Shown piece by piece: positions 43,244 to 54,604 of a stretch of DNA of 64,000 bases. Made by a program: the position numbers and the translations under genes. Every line of letters begins with the position of its first letter. Position 1 is the first letter of the stretch. Under the pieces are notes generated by a model. That model had not been told where the DNA came from. It did no database searches and saw nothing but the letters and a program-made list of their open reading frames with translations. The DNA is from Diplonema japonicum (taxonomy: Eukaryota; Protista; Euglenozoa: Diplonemea): the NCBI GenBank assembly GCA_964019335.1, contig OZ025733.1, forward strand, positions 1-64,000, given 5' to 3'.

Positions 43244-46200
43244 ATGAAATTACTGCTCCTTGTGTGCATCATCGCCCTCGCTGAAGGGCGCCGCCACCCA
43301 ACTCTAAGGAGGCTTGAGAAGCCCTGCCGCAGCGAGAAGAAGTGCAGGAATTGCGAAGGGAGGTGCGTGAAAGAAGAGACAGTGCAGTGCCTGAGGGACC
43401 CCTGCGAGGACTCGCCATGCGGTGACAAGGAGATGTGTGTTGCGAACTACTGCGGGGAGTGCAGCGCCTGCTGTCTGAAGCCGAAGAAGTGCAACAAGCG
43501 CTCGAAGACGTGCAAGGACGGGAGTGAGATCTTCAGGGACCCCTTCAACAACTGCAAGTACCCCAAGTGCCCTGAACCCGTCATCTGCACCAACGATGTG
43601 TTCGAGTGTGCTGATGGGACTTACCTGACGAGGGGAGGACCGAACTGCGAGTTCCCTGAGTGCCCTGTCCCTGCCTGCGCCCCGAAGGACAGCACCACAT
43701 TCTTCGACCCCAAAACTTGTCAGGTCATCCGCTTTCAATGCGAGGAGGGCTTCGAGTACTGGGGCAACCCGGACTGTGGTTGTGGTTGCAAGCCGAAGGT
43801 CGAGGGCTGCCCCGAGGATGCCTTCATCTGCCCCGACGGTACCTCTCTGTCGAGGGACCCCGCCAACAACTGCGAGTTCCCGAAATGCCCTGTCCCCGCC
43901 TGTGCCCCAGAGGGAGCGAGCTTCATGGGGGACCACAAGACCTGCATGCTCATCGACTTTATTTGCAATGATGGTTTCGAGCACTGGTTTGACGAGAAGT
44001 GTGGCTGTGGTTGCAAGCCTAAAGAGGGCTGCCCCAAGGGTCAGTGTGCCGACTGCGACGGGAAGTGCATTGATCAGGTGAACTGCATCCACAACCCTTG
44101 CTTGACTAACAACGGTGGGTGTGCTGCTGATGAGGAGTGCGTGGGTTCATGCGCGTGCTTCAAGTGCGGATGCAAGAAGAGGGTGTGCACCGAGGATGCC
44201 TTCATCTGCCCCGACGGTACCTCTCTGTCGAGGGACCCCGCCAACAACTGCGAATTCCCGAAATGCCCTGCCACCGTCCCCAAGTGTGCCCCGAAGGGGA
44301 CCACCAACTACCATGATCCCAGGACTTGTAAGACCTCGTTGTTCTTTGATTGCAAGGACGGGTTCGAGCACTGGAGCAACTCGGACTGTGGTTGTGGTTG
44401 CAAGCCGCAGGTGTTCTGCACCCAGGAGGTGATGTCCTGCCCCGATGGATCATTCGTGTCGAGGGACTCGAAGAACGGCTGCGCCTTCCCCGAGTGCCCT
44501 GTCCCCAAGTGTGTGTCGAAGGGCCACACCTTCGTCGGAACTCCCGAAAGCGACAAGTGCCAGACAAGGAAGTACAACTGCGATGTCGGGATGGAACGCT
44601 GGAGCGACGCCGAGTGCGGCTGCGGTTGCAGGCCGAACTCTTGCCCCGATGGCACATGCATGGGATGCGACGGGAAGTGCACGACACTGGTGCGATGCAT
44701 CGCGAACCCCTGCTCGCTCCCCACTGGCATGTGCGCGAACCCTGACGAGGAATGTGTGACGGACGGCTGTGGCTGCACTAAGTGTGGTTGTGAGAAGAGG
44801 GTGTGCGACAAGACGACCCACATCTGCCCTGATGGCACTCTCATCAACAGGGACCCCACCAACAACTGCGAGTACCCTAAGTGCCCTGAACCCGTCATCT
44901 GCACTAACGATGTGTTCGAGTGTGCTGATGGAACTTACCTGACGAGGGGAGGACCGAACTGCGAGTTCCCCAAGTGCCCTGAACCCGTCATCTGCACCAA
45001 CGATGTGTTCGAGTGTGCTGATGGGACTTACCTGACGAGGGGAGGACCGAACTGCGAGTTCCCTGAGTGCCCTGTCCCTGCCTGCGCCCCGAAGGACAGC
45101 ACCACATTCTTCGACCCCAAAACTTGTCAGGTCATCCGCTTTCAGTGTGAGGAGGGCTTCGAGTACTGGGGCAACCCGGACTGTGGTTGTGGTTGCAAGC
45201 CGAAGGCACCTGCCTGCGCCCCGAAGGACAGCACATTCTTCGACCCCAAAACTTGTCAGGTCATCCTCTTTCAATGCGAGAAGGGCTTCGAGTACTGGGG
45301 CAACCCGGACTGTGGTTGTGGTTGCAAGCCGAAGGTCGAGGGCTGCCCCGAGGATGCCTTCATCTGCCCCGACGGTACCTCTCTGTCGAGGGACCCCGCC
45401 AACAACTGCGAATTCCCGAAATGCCCTGCCACCGTCCCCAAGTGTGCCCCGAAGGGGACCACCAACTACCATGATTTCAAGACTTGTCAGGTCGTCCGCT
45501 TTGAGTGCAAGGACGGGTTCGAGCACTGGAGCAACTCGGACTGTGGTTGTGGTTGCAAGCCGCAGGTGTTCTGCACCCAGGAGGTGATGTCCTGCCCCGA
45601 TGGATCATTCGTGTCGAGGGACTCGAAGAACGGCTGCGCCTTCCCCGAGTGCCCTGTCCCCAAGTGTGTGTCGAAGGGCCACACCTTCGTCGGAACTCCC
45701 GAAAGCGACAAGTGCCAGACAAGGAAGTACAACTGCGATGTCGGGATGGAACGCTGGAGCGACGCCGAGTGCGGCTGCGGTTGCAGGCCGAACTCTTGCC
45801 CCGATGGCACATGCATGGGATGCGACGGGAAGTGCACGACACTGGTGCGATGCATCGCGAACCCCTGCTCGCTCCCCACTGGCATGTGCGCGAACCCTGA
45901 CGAGGAATGTGTGACGGACGGCTGTGGCTGCACTAAGTGTGGTTGTGAGAAGAGGGTGTGCGACAAGACGACCCACATCTGCCCTGATGGCACTCTCATC
46001 AACAGGGACCCCACCAACAACTGCGAGTACCCCAAGTGCCCTTCCCCTGTGTGCCCTCTGGACGCGAAGCTCTGCCCCAACGGGCAGCACGTTTCAAGGA
46101 ACCCGAAGAACAACTGTGAGTTCGACCCGTGCGTGGGAGACGCTTGCACGGGCTGCAACAAGTGGCTGAAGTGTGCTTCGAGGCAGTGCCCCAAGGCCCC

Positions 46201-46300
46201 TGAGAGCTGCTTCGGGTGCTGTCAGAAGTGTGTTATTGGAAACGACGGCTCTTGCACTGGGGTGACCCCCGTGGAGGCATGCCCTGTCAACACTATTTAG
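43244..46300 (+). CDS. Secreted cysteine-rich modular repeat protein, copy A
   Basis: Signal peptide MKLLLLVCIIALAEG; repeated CPDG..RDP.NNCEFP.CP and C...F.C..GFE.W....CGCGC modules; no TM segment. Confidence 0.92.
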   Translation: MKLLLLVCIIALAEGRRHPTLRRLEKPCRSEKKCRNCEGRCVKEETVQCLRDPCEDSPCGDKEMCVANYCGECSACCLKPKKCNKRSKTCKDGSEIFRDPFNNCKYPKCPEPVICTNDVFECADGTYLTRGGPNCEFPECPVPACAPKDSTTFFDPKTCQVIRFQCEEGFEYWGNPDCGCGCKPKVEGCPEDAFICPDGTSLSRDPANNCEFPKCPVPACAPEGASFMGDHKTCMLIDFICNDGFEHWFDEKCGCGCKPKEGCPKGQCADCDGKCIDQVNCIHNPCLTNNGGCAADEECVGSCACFKCGCKKRVCTEDAFICPDGTSLSRDPANNCEFPKCPATVPKCAPKGTTNYHDPRTCKTSLFFDCKDGFEHWSNSDCGCGCKPQVFCTQEVMSCPDGSFVSRDSKNGCAFPECPVPKCVSKGHTFVGTPESDKCQTRKYNCDVGMERWSDAECGCGCRPNSCPDGTCMGCDGKCTTLVRCIANPCSLPTGMCANPDEECVTDGCGCTKCGCEKRVCDKTTHICPDGTLINRDPTNNCEYPKCPEPVICTNDVFECADGTYLTRGGPNCEFPKCPEPVICTNDVFECADGTYLTRGGPNCEFPECPVPACAPKDSTTFFDPKTCQVIRFQCEEGFEYWGNPDCGCGCKPKAPACAPKDSTFFDPKTCQVILFQCEKGFEYWGNPDCGCGCKPKVEGCPEDAFICPDGTSLSRDPANNCEFPKCPATVPKCAPKGTTNYHDFKTCQVVRFECKDGFEHWSNSDCGCGCKPQVFCTQEVMSCPDGSFVSRDSKNGCAFPECPVPKCVSKGHTFVGTPESDKCQTRKYNCDVGMERWSDAECGCGCRPNSCPDGTCMGCDGKCTTLVRCIANPCSLPTGMCANPDEECVTDGCGCTKCGCEKRVCDKTTHICPDGTLINRDPTNNCEYPKCPSPVCPLDAKLCPNGQHVSRNPKNNCEFDPCVGDACTGCNKWLKCASRQCPKAPESCFGCCQKCVIGNDGSCTGVTPVEACPVNTI

Positions 46301-46535
46301 ATTTCATGGCGCATCGCGTAAACCTGAAGGTTTCTCATTTTGATTTTTTTTTTTTTTTTATTATTATTTCCTCCCTTCCTTTTTCCCTTCCCAATGTGTA
46401 TGTTATTTGTAGTTGGCAAGCGCCCCAATGGTGGTCGGTTTGTTACATCGTGGCCCCATCATAGTGAGCACGCAGAAAAAAAAAAAAAAAAAAAAAATCG
46501 AAACAGAATTTATTCTAGTTGACCCAACTTGTCTG

Positions 46536-46567
<32 letters not shown>

Positions 46568-46626
46568 CTGTTTGTTGTTAAAATAATTCCAATGAGAATT
46601 TTCTTTATATTAATAAACGTGATACT

Positions 46627-46667
<41 letters not shown>

Positions 46668-47796
46668 CAAATGACGAGGGGGTAGAAGGTCCGGAAAATT
46701 GAATTGGAAAAAAGGGAAACCGTTTCTGGAGTACTTCTTTTTTTCAAGGAAACAAGATTAAGAAGAATAAGAAAAAAAAGAGAAATTTAAATTCTGCCGT
46801 GATAACTCACTTTTTTTTTAATTTTTTTTTCTCAGTTAGGGCTTTTGTTTTTTTTTTTTTATTCCCCTTTTCCACCTCTTCTTATTAGACATCATCCGGA
46901 AAGAATTCATGAACAAGAACTATTCCCACTTAAGAAATTGGAGAAGAAGTAATAGAGTGCTGGCAACATGTTGTACTCATAGAGTAAAACAGGCGCCCCT
47001 TTTTTTTTTCTTCTTTTTGACAACACTCTGACTTTTAGCCACTTCATTCTTCTGTTCTATTTGGGATTTTTTTTTTGCTGTTTAACGCACAAGCCCTCCC
47101 CCCCATTTTTTTTCCTCTTTTTTCACTCTCCCCCTTCCCCCTTGGGATTCTGCAGAACTGCCCTCGCCCTCGTTCGATAAGGAGAGAAAAGAAAGAAAAG
47201 GGAAAACAAAAAAATGTGAGAATGATCCATTGTTTGTGTCTCGGATACTTGTCAATGTGTGATCGGTTCTATGGACCGGATGGACTTTAAAAAAAAAAAA
47301 GAAAAAAAAAAAAGTAAAAACAAAAAGAGGGCGTAAAAATACGATAAAGGAGTATAACAAGGCAACATTTAGCTATGGCCGAATTATTCTCCCTTTCCCT
47401 ATTACTTTTTATATATTTTTTTTTTTTTACTTTTTATTTTTTTTTGTCATACCGGTCCAAATGACCCACTCACTTTTTTGTTTTGTTTTTTTTTTTTCCC
47501 CGTTCCTACTTTGCTCTCCTTAAAAAAACAAACGTTTTTTTCTTGTACCCGTCTCATAAGTTCTCGACCATCCCTTTATTTATTTATTTTTTTCCGTCCT
47601 CCCTCTTCCTCCCTCTCTTCGATACCCTGTTTTTCTATCTAAATATTCTCAGGCGTCAGTCTAGGACCCTCAAAGAAATATTTATCCAGTTTTTAGGGTG
47701 TGACTTTTTATTTTATTTGGTATTTTCTTTTTTTTTGGTAAATCTTTTTTTTTTGTACCTCTCTCGCAGTTAAAAAACAAAAACAAAAACAAAAAA

Positions 47797-47935
47797 ATGC
47801 AACTCACACCATGGGTGCCGCTCACACCATGGGTGCCGCTCACCTGTGTGGCTGTGGGGTTCTGCGTTGTTGCAGCGTACGTTCAAAACTGAGGGGCGAT
47901 ATTGATAGGATAGCCGGGTTCACAACCTTCCTGTT
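47797..47935 (+). pseudogene. Truncated 5' duplicate of the DUF1295 gene
   Basis: Matches 48170-48275. It has the CAG acceptor and ATG, an 18-bp duplication, and a 1-bp deletion that gives an early stop. Confidence 0.8.
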
Positions 47936-48130
47936 TTTTTTTATTTTGTTTATTATTTTAAGGGGTGACTTTTTATTTTATTAATAAGCTTTGGCTGTTA
48001 AGTAACCCATGTTCGTGGTTCCCGAGGGTCATATTTCGTGTTTCTGGACCCCATCTTGAGGACCTCTGCGTGCACCACTTAAATACCCGAACCGATTAAA
48101 ATACCCGACTATGGGTATACCGTGCAGGCT

Positions 48131-48885
48131 ATGAATTATTTTGTTTTTCTGGTAAATTCTTTTGTACCTCCATGGGTGCCGCTCACCTGTGTGGCTGTGG
48201 TGTTCTGCGTTGTTGCAAGCGTACGTTCAAAACTGAGGGGCGATATTGATTGGATAGCCGGGTTCACAAGCTTCCTATTTGCTGCTGCGGCGTTATTGTT
48301 GGTACGGCAGTGGCAGCAGGAGAGTGAAGACAGTTATTCTGTCCATGTCTTCCTCTACGTTCTGAGGATGTGGGTGGTGCTCACAGTGTGGTTCAGCAGC
48401 ACTGCCGCCAGCAAGCTGAATCAGGTCATCGAAAACGAGAGCGAGTACCTTGCCATCTCCTGCACGCTAGTTACCGTTTTCGTGTGGCTCTACCCCCTTC
48501 CTTTTTACTGGGCTGCTGACGTGCAAGAGTTCGGCCCTATGCAATATGCAGGCGTTTGGGTGTGCTCTGTAGGGACCGTGATCCACTTCGGCAGCGATTA
48601 CCAGAAACATGTGTACAAACAGAACCGCTTGCACAAGGGGGTTCTTCTGCGATCCGGGTTCTGGGGGGCTTCTCGGCACCCCAACTACTTCGGTGATTTC
48701 TTGATCTTTCTCTCTTTTGCTCTGATGTCCCCGTCTCCTTGGGGGTGTCTCGGGCCGGCGGCAAATCTCATACAATATGTGTTCGATGCCATCCCCAAGT
48801 CTGAAAAGATGGCCGCGGCTCGGTACGGGAAGCCTGGGCGAAATACACCAGTGACGTGGCGTGCTTTGTGCCGTTCCTGATTTGA
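48131..48885 (+). pseudogene. DUF1295 / steroid 5-alpha-reductase-like membrane protein, frameshifted near the C-terminus
   Basis: SDYQK...GFWGASRHPNYFGDFL motif. Adding one base at 48827-48830 restores RYG(E/K)AWAKYTSDVACFVPFLI*. The shift may be a homopolymer sequencing error. Confidence 0.72.
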
Positions 48886-48988
48886 GGAATTCGAGGATGA
48901 AAAAAAAAAAAAAAAAAAGCAGGCTGCTCTTGCGGCCGGTGTTCATGATGTACTCTTGCCTTTAACCCTAACCCCCTTTTTTTTCTTT

Positions 48989-49608
48989 GCGGACACAGTA
49001 ACACTGCTACGCCACCAGCTGTACGAGTGCCCGCCAGCACGAGAGGAGCTGATACGGGAGGAGATGGAACCGCTGCGTGACAGGACGGGATGGCCGCTCT
49101 GCCTCGAGCTGCATGCCATCCTACCAAGGGGGAACGGGTTCGAACACCTAGAGAAGCTGCAGCGATACCTGGCAATGGTGGTGGAAAAGCGGGACGAAGG
49201 GCTGATCAGGCAGAAGGCGGCAACAAGAAGCTACCATGGGAGCGGGAAGTGACAGGCAAAGTGACCCCGGTACCGACGACAGCACAGTTGGGGACAGTGG
49301 TGGGACTGCTGGAGCAATTCGGGGAACCACTAGTCCCTGCGGACGGGGCAAAGAGGGTCAAGTCGCTCACATCGATCGGAGGCAAGGCTGCAATAGGCTT
49401 CAACAAGAGACCGATCTTCGCATCAAGACAGACAGCGCAAAAGCTACAGGAGTTGAAAGGGACATACAAGAAAGAACGCGTGTCGAGACTACGAAAAGCT
49501 TTAAAGGCGACAATAGGAACGAAGGCTATGCTCCAGAAGGGGAACATTAATAAACATTAATAAATAGGAACTCACACCACAAGAGGCTGTCCTCGAGTGG
49601 GATTGTCT
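48989..49608 (+). mobile_element. Non-LTR retrotransposon 3' fragment
   Basis: HQLYECP (end of a CCHC knuckle), WPLCLELHAILP...LQRYL, then a frameshift to a C-terminus homologous to 4553-5015. Confidence 0.62.
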
Positions 49609-49675
49609 TTTACTATGAGTTTTCTTTTCTTTCTTTTATCTGTGGGTGGAGGGAAACCCCCCAATATTTTTGTTT

Positions 49676-49832
49676 TTTATTTCACTCTTCTGAAATCACT
49701 TCATGTACTCAAGGGGGTTCATTGCTTCACGGTGAGCTCGTGGTGAAGTATTTGCAGTACTTACTACCTACCGCCAAGGAATGACTACCGTACTTTTTGA
49801 GGTAGCGGTAAAGTCATTACCTTGGTTGGCAG
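49676..49832 (-). mobile_element. Internally deleted copy of the 14543-15205 element
   Basis: Reverse complement reads CTGCCAACCAAGGTAATGACTTTACCG...GAAGAGTGAAATAAAA. Confidence 0.75.
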
Positions 49833-49852
49833 AGAGAAACTGCTATTCCACT

Positions 49853-49942
49853 CATGGTGTGGTCGAAAATTTGTGGTGTTGGGGTGGTTTGTGGGCCAGA
49901 CCCCTCAGACCACCAGTCTGGCCAACACTGCCCATCCCTTTT

Positions 49943-49975
<33 letters not shown>

Positions 49976-50342
49976 GCATTGTACTTTTCTTGCAAAGGCC
50001 TCTTTTAATATTTTTTTCAAAGCAGGTCTCCAAACCCCCTGACATTTTTTTTAATTTTTTTTTTTTTTTTTTTTTTTTTTACATAGTCACAACAAGGTAG
50101 TATGAGCCTTGCCTCACATCCCACCCAAACCTAGGACCTCTTTTTTTGAACCTTTGAAACCAAAAGTGCCAAAAAAATGCAAGCCCCAGCCTAAATTTGG
50201 GCCTTTGTGACACAAAAAACACAAAGAAATTTTTTGGTCCCAAGAGTCCCCTGAGTCCCCTCCAGACCCCTGAAAATTTCAGGGGACTCCTGTCCTGTCC
50301 CTTGGAGTTCCCTGAGTCCCTCAAGGGTCTGGACCAACACTG
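49853..50342 (-). mobile_element. Uninterrupted composite element E-(A)n-B-(A)n-F
   Basis: The three modules match 1431-1689, 4356-4425 and 5016-5119 in the same order. Confidence 0.82.
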
Positions 50343-50760
50343 TGCAGATGCTCTGGTGTTGAGCTGCACACTGCACACATTAAGGACATGACACGGAATA
50401 TTGTGCTGTCAGTGTTGTGGTGATATAGTCACCACTTTCAACCTTGATGATGCAAAGAGGAAAAAAAAAAAAAAAAAAAAGGTAAGGAATTCCCTGTTCC
50501 ACCAAGTTCCAGTTCCACTGGTTCCACCGTTCCACCAAGCTCCGACTTTTCAGTTTGGCAGAAGGGAATGGAATGACCCACCCCTGCATGAGCAGAATCC
50601 CCTCCCCCTCCTCACAATTAATGACTCATATTCGCGTGCGAAAACCTTAGTTGCTGCCAAACGAGCCTTTTTTTTATTTTTTTTTCCCCTCCCCTTTCTT
50701 CTCATTCCGCCCCATGTACTGCGCACCCCCATTCAGGTCAATATCTTTTTAAAAAAAAAT

Positions 50761-51957
50761 ATGAAATTACTGTTCCTTGTGTGCATCATCGCCCTCGCTG
50801 AAGGGCGCCGCCACCCAACTCTAAGGAGGCTTGAGAAGCCCTGCCGCAGCGAGAAGAAGTGCAGGAATTGCGAAGGGAGGTGCGTGAAAGAAGAGACAGT
50901 GCAGTGCCTGAGGGACCCCTGCGAGGACTCGCCATGCGGTGACAAGGAGATGTGTGTTGCGAACTACTGCGGGGAGTGCAGCGCCTGCTGTCTAAAGCCG
51001 AAGAAGTGCAACAAGCGCTCGAAGATGTGCAAGGACGGGAGTGAGATCTTCAGGGACCCCTTCAACAACTGCAAGTACCCCAAGTGCCCTGAACCCGTCA
51101 TCTGCACCAACGATGTGTTCGAGTGTGCTGATGGGACTTACCTGACGAGGGGAGGACCGAACTGCGAGTTCCCTGAGTGCCCTGTCCCTGCCTGCGCCCC
51201 GAAGGACAGCACCACATTCTTCGACCCCAAAACTTGTCAGGTCATCCGCTTTCAATGCGAGGAGGGCTTCGAGTACTGGGGCAACCCGGACTGTGGTTGT
51301 GGTTGCAAGCCGAAGGTCGAGGGCTGCCCCGAGGATGCCTTCATCTGCCCCGACGGTACCTCTCTGTCGAGGGACCCCGCCAACAACTGCGAGTTCCCGA
51401 AATGCCCTGTCCCCGCCTGTGCCCCAGAGGGAGCGATCTTCATGAGGAACCACGAGACCTGCATGCTCATCGACTTTATTTGCCAGCATGATTTCAAGAC
51501 TTGTCAGGCCGTCCGCTTTGAGTGCAAAGACGGGTTCGAGTACTGGAGCAAGGCGGACTGTGGTTGTGGTTGCAAGCCGAAGGTCGAGGGCTGCCCCGAG
51601 GATGCCTTCTTCTGTCCCAACGGTGCCTTTCTGTCGAGGGACCCCGCCAACAACTGCGAATTCCCGAAATGCCCTCCCACTGTCCCCAAGTGTGCTCCGA
51701 GGGGGACCACCAACTACCGTGATTTCAAGATTTGTCAGGTCCTCGGCCTTGAGTGCAAAGACGGGTTCGAGCTCTGGAGCAAGGCGGACTGTGGTTGTGG
51801 TTGCAAGCCGAAGATCCCTGCCTGCGCCCCGAAGGGCAGCACATTCTACGACCCCAGAACTTGTGAGATCAGCCTCATTCATTGCGAGGAGGGCTTCGAG
51901 TACTGGAGCAACACCCCGGACTGTGGTTGTGGTTGTAAGCCGAAGATCGAGGGGTGA
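50761..51957 (+). CDS. Secreted cysteine-rich modular repeat protein, copy B (shorter paralog)
   Basis: The first ~720 nt are nearly identical to copy A; later modules are rearranged and diverged; ends abruptly at KIEG*. Confidence 0.88.
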   Translation: MKLLFLVCIIALAEGRRHPTLRRLEKPCRSEKKCRNCEGRCVKEETVQCLRDPCEDSPCGDKEMCVANYCGECSACCLKPKKCNKRSKMCKDGSEIFRDPFNNCKYPKCPEPVICTNDVFECADGTYLTRGGPNCEFPECPVPACAPKDSTTFFDPKTCQVIRFQCEEGFEYWGNPDCGCGCKPKVEGCPEDAFICPDGTSLSRDPANNCEFPKCPVPACAPEGAIFMRNHETCMLIDFICQHDFKTCQAVRFECKDGFEYWSKADCGCGCKPKVEGCPEDAFFCPNGAFLSRDPANNCEFPKCPPTVPKCAPRGTTNYRDFKICQVLGLECKDGFELWSKADCGCGCKPKIPACAPKGSTFYDPRTCEISLIHCEEGFEYWSNTPDCGCGCKPKIEG

Positions 51958-51961
51958 AGAA

Positions 51962-52800
51962 CAGTTCTTTTTTTCAAGGAAACAAGATTAAGGAGAAAAA
52001 GAAAAAAGGGAAATTAAAATCCTGTCGTGATAACTCACTTTTTTTTTCTTCCTCAATTAGGCCTTTTTTTATTTTGTTTTTTTGTTTCTTTTTTTTCTTC
52101 TTCTTTTTCTTTTTCTTTTTTTTGTTACATCATCTTATTAGACATCATCCTGAAAGAATTAATTCACAAACAAAAACTATTCCCACTTAACCATCTACCA
52201 ACGGACCATTTTTGCCCACCAGGGGGTAATTTTTCAAAAAAAAAAAAGTTTCTAACGCAACGCCGCCCCCCTTGGGATTCTGCAGAACTGCCCTCACCCT
52301 CGTTCGATAAAAAGAGAAAAGAAAGAAAAGGGAAAACAAAAAATGTGAGAATGATCTATTGGCTGTGTCTCAGATACTTGTCAATGTGTGATCGGTTCTA
52401 TGGACCGGATGGACTTTAAAAAAAAAAGAAGAAGAAGAAAAAGTAAAAACAAAAAGAGGGCGTAAAAGTACGATAAAGGAGCATAACAAGGGAACATTTA
52501 GCTAAGGCCGAAGTTCCTTGTTTTCTTCTTTATTGCATTTTTCCCCTCTTTTATTCTCCCTTTCTATTACTTTTTCTTTTCTTTTTTTTTTCCCCTCTCT
52601 TTTTTGTCATACCGGTCCAAATAACCCACTCGCTTTTTTATTTTGTTTTTTTTCCCATTCCTACTTTGCCCTCCTTAGAGTTCTCGACCACCCCTTCTCT
52701 TCCTCCCTCGCTTTCGATACCCTGTTTTTCTATCTAAATATTTCTCAGGCGTCAGTCTTAGACCCTCAAAGAAATATTTATCCAGTTTTTAAGGGGTGAC
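51962..52800 (+). repeat. Segmental duplication of the 3' flank (matches ~46733-47710)
   Basis: Shared blocks such as CAAGGAAACAAGATTAA, GGGATTCTGCAGAACTGCCCTC, GATCGGTTCTATGGACCGGATGGAC and CAGGCGTCAGTCT. Confidence 0.9.
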
Positions 52801-52891
52801 CTTTTTTTTTTTTTTTAAAAAAAAATTCTATTTTTAATTATTTTTCAAAAAAGATTTCAACAAAAACAAAGGTGTATGCTTAGCATGCCAT

Positions 52892-54355
52892 ATGTCTGGA
52901 AGGCTCAAGCATGATGGCACGGCAGGTGATGAAAACAGATACGAGATAGGAAATGGACAGAAGTACATATGCAAGCTCATGGGACACGAGGTGTACGTGG
53001 AACTACTCAGCAAACGAAGAAGCAAGAACCGAACCACTGAATACTTTGTGAGGGTCCTGGGCAAAGACAGACGCCTGAACAGGTGGGTCCCCGAGGGTTG
53101 GATAGCAGAAGAATCCAGCACCGCAGGCAGCATACCGGAACTAAATGTACAAAGGACTCTAAAGAGATCCAGAGGCCAAAGCACGAATAAGAAAAACGTT
53201 CAAGACGACCCTCTGCACGTGTTCTCTTTGTACGACGGTGTGCAGTACGACGAAGCCGTTGCACACCACGCAGAAGGCCTCAGAGAAGTGAAATGGATCG
53301 AAAAAGTAGTATTCGGGGACCATGTGGTCGATGCCTGGTACCCATCCCCCCTACCAAGAACAGCTATCAAGGAAGAGGTAACCGCAAACGGTGGATATCT
53401 CTATGTCGATGACGTGACGCTGAAGTACACAGGCAATGCAGGCAGAATGTTGGAACACAAGCAACAACATGGAAGCGGTCTCATGGGCCTACGCGGACCT
53501 CCAGGAACCTGCGTGTACGATTGCGGGCAATGGGCACTGTGGGAACTCGACGGTGGTGAAGGACCAGAGTACAACAACGACGTTGCTGAAAACACCGTTC
53601 ACGAGGACATCACCAACCACAGAACTGTGGAATCCGCACACCGCGAGCTATACTGCCAGAACCTCGGGTTGCTTTCAAAGATATTCCTGGACCACAAGCA
53701 GGAGTGCTTTACGACATCGAACTTCACGTACTTCGTCCTCACCGAGAAGCACGAACGCGAGGACTCCGCCACAACCAGGAAGCCCTTCGACAGCAAAACC
53801 CTGCGTCCCGCCATCGGCGGGATTGACTATCTCTTCAGAGGGTATTTCTCCCGCGAAAAGGGCCAGAAAGACTACAATCTTTCCTGTCTAATGGTCCTTC
53901 CTCCATGGCAACGATTAGGATTAGGACGCATGTTAATCCATTTCAGCTACCTTTTATCGGGCAGAGAAGCGCGGGTCAAACGTGGCATCGGCGGGGGCAG
54001 CCCTGAACGGCCTCTGTCCGATTTGGGGAAAATGGTTTATTTACAGTATTGGAGCGAAAGAGTGGCGGCCTTCCTAAGGGAATGGAAGGCGAAAGGGGTG
54101 CAGGGTACCATTAATGATGTAATTTCCAGGACGCACATTGACAAGAAAGACGTTTTGAAAGCCCTGCACGCCATGGGGATGCTTACAGAGCCGCACAACA
54201 CTCAGTTCAACACCCCTGATGCTATTTTCTGGGACTTTGCGGATGACGCCCTTCCGCAACCAAGCCGCAACGGTCCGATCATCAACGAGGAGAGGCTCTA
54301 TCATGTGGGCATCCACTTCGGTGGTGGGGATGACGATGATAGTTATGAGTGTTAA
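52892..54355 (+). CDS. MYST-family histone acetyltransferase with an N-terminal chromo-barrel (Tudor-knot)
   Basis: YFVRVLGKDRRLNRWV, WYPSP, YCQNLGLLSKIFLDHK, YNLSCLMVLPPWQRLGLG and GSPERPLSDLG. Confidence 0.95.
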   Translation: MSGRLKHDGTAGDENRYEIGNGQKYICKLMGHEVYVELLSKRRSKNRTTEYFVRVLGKDRRLNRWVPEGWIAEESSTAGSIPELNVQRTLKRSRGQSTNKKNVQDDPLHVFSLYDGVQYDEAVAHHAEGLREVKWIEKVVFGDHVVDAWYPSPLPRTAIKEEVTANGGYLYVDDVTLKYTGNAGRMLEHKQQHGSGLMGLRGPPGTCVYDCGQWALWELDGGEGPEYNNDVAENTVHEDITNHRTVESAHRELYCQNLGLLSKIFLDHKQECFTTSNFTYFVLTEKHEREDSATTRKPFDSKTLRPAIGGIDYLFRGYFSREKGQKDYNLSCLMVLPPWQRLGLGRMLIHFSYLLSGREARVKRGIGGGSPERPLSDLGKMVYLQYWSERVAAFLREWKAKGVQGTINDVISRTHIDKKDVLKALHAMGMLTEPHNTQFNTPDAIFWDFADDALPQPSRNGPIINEERLYHVGIHFGGGDDDDSYEC

Positions 54356-54604
54356 CGTGTGGTGCCCCTGGTATTGACTGGTGGGTTTTTTTTTCCACAC
54401 GTTCTTTTTTATTATTTATATTATTTATTTTGTCTATTCTCGCCCCCCCCCCCCCCCCCCCCTTTCGTTTATTTAAAAAGAATTTTAATATTACCTCATC
54501 ACCCCCCCTGATCATGCAATGAAGCAACGAGAAAAAAAAACAAGATTTCCCTTTTTTTTCTTTCTTTCTCTCTCTCTCCCCTCTCTCTTCCCACCACAGG
54601 TAAG

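Noticed and set aside
43304-46194. Multiple overlapping alternative-frame and antisense ORFs in the Cys-rich gene
   Set aside because: By-products of GC-rich repetitive coding sequence.
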